This document shows positions 61,001 to 64,000 of a DNA stretch of 64,000 bases, piece by piece. Origin of the DNA: Monocercomonoides exilis PA203 (Eukaryota > Protista > Preaxostyla). Both the position numbers and the translations under genes were made by a program. The notes beneath the pieces were generated by a model. That model had not been told where the DNA came from. It searched no databases and worked only from the letters and a program-made list of their open reading frames with translations. Location: positions 992,001 to 1,056,000 of the forward strand of contig LSRY02000011.1 of NCBI GenBank assembly GCA_001643675.2. Reading direction: 5' to 3'. Positions within the stretch are counted from its first letter, which is position 1. Every line of letters starts with the position of its first letter.

Positions 61001-64000
61001 TCAATATCTCTTTTCTCTTCGTCGCTTCCACAAATCGAGTTGTTCGACTTCAGAGCATCCTGGCTGAAGTCCAGCGAGAACAGCTTCTCATTGATCTGCT
61101 TTTCAATCCACTTGCACCGGATGAACACATCCTTCCCCACAAATGCATCATTCATTGTGAATCTGGTGCTCTCGATCATTATCCCCAAAGGCGGTGCATC
61201 CTCTGTGTCTGCTTCTGTTTCACCCAGGCCAGATGCATCGATCATCAGCCCTCCTCCTCTCCCCTTCACAATGGAACAAATACACATCCCAAACGAGCAG
61301 CCACTCACTTTCAGCTCGCTTCCTCTGCTCCTCAGACTCACTTTCATCCCTCCTCCCTCTTCACTCTTCTCGCTCAGACACTTTGTCATCACACACTTTT
61401 CCACACAGCACTTCATTCCACCATCAAATGAGCCATCATTCAGAATTGCGGCTCTGCTATCATTGCATGTGATGCTTGCGAATGATGAGCTGTTGATGCT
61501 CAGCAACATCACTCCATCTCCATTCTCTTTGCTTCTCAGCATCTTTGCTCCTTTCAACAAGCTGGCTGATGAGAGAGCTGATTCACTGAGCGAAATCAGA
61601 CTCCTTCCCGAAATGCTTGTGTTGGTGATTGACAGATTCATCACGTCTGCCACTTTCACATCTGAAGACAATTCCACAAAACCTTGTGAAAAATGGAATT
61701 CTTTCAGAGCACAATCTTCAATTGCCACACTCCCTCCATCCACTTTCACCAAGCAGAAACACGTTTCTTTTGAAGGATCCTCACAAACAAATGAGCAGCT
61801 TTTCACAGAAAGGGCACCATTCGTTGATGATGATTTGAGGAAAGACAGATGGCGGACAAGCACATTTGGAAGAGAAAATGAAACATTCACAAATGAGAGG
61901 ATCACTTCCGAAGCAACCATCGCCTCTCCATTTTCTCCATCTGTTTCCTTCTCTTCTGCAATCCTCAAAACTGTTCCATTTATCTCCCCTTCAATCTTCA
62001 CAACTGGTGTGCTTGATGATGATGATGATAAAAACGATATTGAACTTCGAAGCAATCCTGAGCCTGACACAATGATCGTTAATTCTATTGTTTCAAGTGT
62101 TGCGAATCTCAATGAAACAAGATGATCAATTGATGAACATGGTGCTTCGGAATACCCACACTTACTGAAGTCTCCTCCTTTATCCTTCGAAACAAACCCA
62201 TCCCCACTCCAATTATCCCACAAAAACACAACCAGTGGAATCACATATCCCTCCTCTCCTGTTGTCTTCCTCTCACATCCACACAACTCATCCAACGATC
62301 TCAACTTCTCAGAACTCATCTCCCATTTAAAGCACTCTTTGTTCACAATCTCTCTCAGATCCCAACCTGAAACAAATACATTCTTCCCTTTCCACGCATT
62401 GCATCTCTCAAATGTCATTCCTTCCAAAATGAATGTTCCCAATTGATTGGGAAGCTCAACAAACATTCCTCCTCCCAATCCTCTCTCCACCTCATCACTC
62501 TCGCCTGATGGCACTTCACATCCTTCAAACTTCACTTCCTTCATCTTCAAGTTCCCTCCACTTCCAACAGTTATCATCATCCCTCCTCCTCTTCCATTTG
62601 AGTCTGCTTCATTCTCTGTCTTGCAACCATCAAATGTGGTTGACCCATTGATCACAACCTCTTCATCTTTGCCGATCGATATCTTCATTCCTCCACCACA
62701 ACCGTCTTTCTCCTCAACACCACACTCACTGAATGTGCAATTCGTGATTATTATAACATTAACAATAGAAGTGTCAGAATTCTCGTTTTCCTTTTTGTCA
62801 CAACTCCTTTCCAAACAGCTTCCTCCTCCATTTCTCCTCGAAATTCCTGTGAGAACACAATTTGAAAATTCTGCTGAACTTTCTCCAGCACATCTGATTA
62901 TTGGGTCTGACAAGGTGTTTAATGGTCCTTTGTTCGAGAAGCCTGTCATGTGCAGAACTCCTCCATCAATCTGAAAAACACAGAATTCGATTTCATTCAG
63001 TGAGTTTCCGATGGCAGGCTCAATCGAGCAATCACTGACACTCAAAGCATTTGAAGAGGAAAGGATGAATGAAGAGGCTGGGGAAAGCGCTGATGGAAGC
63101 GAAAAGCACATATCTTTCAGTAATGCTTCGGATGAAACTCTGATCAAACATTCTGAATCAAGCTGAAGAGCAGGAGGCGCAACAACCTCAACAGCAGTGT
63201 CACCAATTGTGCCTGTCACATTCCAAAACTGGCTCTCCATCACAACCTCTTCACAGAGCACAAATATGTTTTTGATTCGGATTGTTCGTGGCACAGCCCC
63301 ATACCACAGCTCAACCACTCTCTTGATCGATGAGCACGGATACTGCTCCAATCCACATCTGCTGAAGTCCAGGCTTTTCTCTCCTCCCACAAATCCAACA
63401 TCTCCTGCTTCCATCAAATATGGAAGAAGTGGCACACACTCCTCTCTGCACCCATCCTCAAATCCCAATAAGTCGCTGTCTGTCATGCCTTCGTGCTCAA
63501 AGCCAAATGTGATGCGACTCACAACATCTCTCAGGCACTGTGTATTCACAAATATGCTGTTCCCTTTTTCTGCCTGGCAATCCTCAAAACGAGCACAATG
63601 GATGCAAAAAGCACAACTCTCATCAACAACATCCAGATAAAGAGCTCCGCCATATCCTCCAACTCCATTTCCCTTCACCACACAGCTGCAACTGCTGAAT
63701 GTCACACATTCCACATTCTCATCACCACTTTCACTTGACACGTTCCCGATCTCCATCTTCGAGCCTTCATCCAGTTGAATCCACATCCCTCCTCCACACC
63801 CATCCTCACACCCGCAGTTCCTCATCATTCCCCCTGAAATATTCACATTCATCCCATTCCCCAGATTCCCACAAATCACACTCCCATCTCCACTCGCTCG
63901 AGAAATCCCATGTGCATCAACATTGTTCATCTGGAAAGACAATGAACTTTCGCCTGTGATATCGAATGCTGGAACAGATGAAAATGATATTCCACTGATC
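58081..64000 (-). CDS. Receptor-like protein (beta-helix modules, TM, pseudokinase), intact, 5'-truncated by the window
   Basis: Uninterrupted frame of at least 1953 aa that stays open to the window end. Collinear paralogue of the palindromic genes. TM YWLLIVCVVIVVALLVVIIILAVRW, CLRWKAPE..FSIGMMLWECLT..PF..RP. Confidence 0.9.
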   Translation of the reverse strand, partial: ISGISFSSVPAFDITGESSLSFQMNNVDAHGISRASGDGSVICGNLGNGMNVNISGGMMRNCGCEDGCGGGMWIQLDEGSKMEIGNVSSESGDENVECVTFSSCSCVVKGNGVGGYGGALYLDVVDESCAFCIHCARFEDCQAEKGNSIFVNTQCLRDVVSRITFGFEHEGMTDSDLLGFEDGCREECVPLLPYLMEAGDVGFVGGEKSLDFSRCGLEQYPCSSIKRVVELWYGAVPRTIRIKNIFVLCEEVVMESQFWNVTGTIGDTAVEVVAPPALQLDSECLIRVSSEALLKDMCFSLPSALSPASSFILSSSNALSVSDCSIEPAIGNSLNEIEFCVFQIDGGVLHMTGFSNKGPLNTLSDPIIRCAGESSAEFSNCVLTGISRRNGGGSCLERSCDKKENENSDTSIVNVIIITNCTFSECGVEEKDGCGGGMKISIGKDEEVVINGSTTFDGCKTENEADSNGRGGGMMITVGSGGNLKMKEVKFEGCEVPSGESDEVERGLGGGMFVELPNQLGTFILEGMTFERCNAWKGKNVFVSGWDLREIVNKECFKWEMSSEKLRSLDELCGCERKTTGEEGYVIPLVVFLWDNWSGDGFVSKDKGGDFSKCGYSEAPCSSIDHLVSLRFATLETIELTIIVSGSGLLRSSISFLSSSSSSTPVVKIEGEINGTVLRIAEEKETDGENGEAMVASEVILSFVNVSFSLPNVLVRHLSFLKSSSTNGALSVKSCSFVCEDPSKETCFCLVKVDGGSVAIEDCALKEFHFSQGFVELSSDVKVADVMNLSITNTSISGRSLISLSESALSSASLLKGAKMLRSKENGDGVMLLSINSSSFASITCNDSRAAILNDGSFDGGMKCCVEKCVMTKCLSEKSEEGGGMKVSLRSRGSELKVSGCSFGMCICSIVKGRGGGLMIDASGLGETEADTEDAPPLGIMIESTRFTMNDAFVGKDVFIRCKWIEKQINEKLFSLDFSQDALKSNNSICGSDEEKRDIDLIPLITFYYGQQVFVCVNGRDIRQCGEQTNPCKSVSHGVSHIQKGIMNVIFIDGEGDIGGECVMGDVSVKPMKKVKATVHFNATVQEMGNEGNMVMFVNECVVERCVFEFGEQFSSSHSCIMKVKNGTTEMSECECLSSATELTIHSTIMGVEGGELEMDKCVFTRMKLSVPLIEFIGESKAVISETKIDNMESEGNVIEVGDRAEVEMKELDVQNITFSRSGSVVKMQNLAKNEVLSNCSFGKCLSSKEKGSIVSVSKCANVRFDLCRFSGDLEEKASEEKKTNGRTEEVCKWKGSVVDAISSSLTMKYTTISNSKKGGLSLSGGSVVIEKGEFENNNPDIVGYPSVRRNAICTGNGEFDVVSLKGGDGLKDNTSLWILDEGCKLGGIAGERASPFFIPILEDVKKTTQPSDELKLIIHGKLLLPCDLSVKISMKNGDEEEIMRKGIDEEGYVSENEIHSIISSSELEEVRDETEVSVCILFGKVDSPSSTESFILKNGSEIKAKGDDRIAEGGKEGKSYWLLIVCVVIVVALLVVIIILAVRWRRAKNENKDLREIVNDNIRKDPKLIEMVTMEMSPEDQWKRAEKEAEKNEQRIKKRVYAKSLGHSESSEHLLSESGSTEYILGKDSDKIPEWVLEKEEEEEIRKRTPSPSVSSTSTTSTTDSDSTFVRGEDLCPTTSSMSNLVDAMACSSPHEKLIVDLRDSLFMLLHGRNEKKEMAIGSLQEREVTAAQILFWLANGALHSFDEMEIPLQSLSNLSPHIVLFSEHMVICIVIHSDILLDDDSESSSISSSTVVTSASDDDDNSLPSSAFEEEDEFKKECLRWKAPELMMNKKLGATKESVVFSIGMMLWECLTLQIPFGDYEAETAGQKIVHGERPDVKKMESVKFEGIARSCLMSAGEDRPRLVDVRRMMFERMPGAAMLITQSDAICDSDDGCGGDNNVGGRVGDGADKSQVKRKITEVENERNQ

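Overview
AT-rich, intron-containing eukaryotic DNA using the standard code (genes end in TAA/TAG/TGA). The gene families and style suggest the oxymonad Monocercomonoides (inference, not verified). Left flank: histidine acid phosphatase (partial), RPL27, a membrane-anchored type-B carboxylesterase, a villin-headpiece/ER-K helix protein, WDR82/Swd2 and a PHO80-like cyclin. Centre: a ~28.4 kb near-perfect palindrome (arms 17479-31547 and 31784-45849, 236 bp unique spacer). Each arm carries a 9x22-bp tandem array near the centre and a divergently oriented ~9.2 kb receptor-like gene (modular beta-helix ectodomain, TM helix, pseudokinase) disabled by shared lesions. Right flank: eIF4E-like, Vps22/SNF8, a long-chain acyl-CoA synthetase with microsatellite-filled introns, two pseudogenes and a third, intact receptor paralogue that shares mosaic near-identical blocks with the palindromic copies. 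The intergenic gaps hide guide snoRNAs recognisable by box motifs plus complementarity to conserved rRNA: a C/D + H/ACA cluster at ~53.5-53.9 kb and a C/D RNA at 7.7 kb. Several MITE-like foldbacks are also present.
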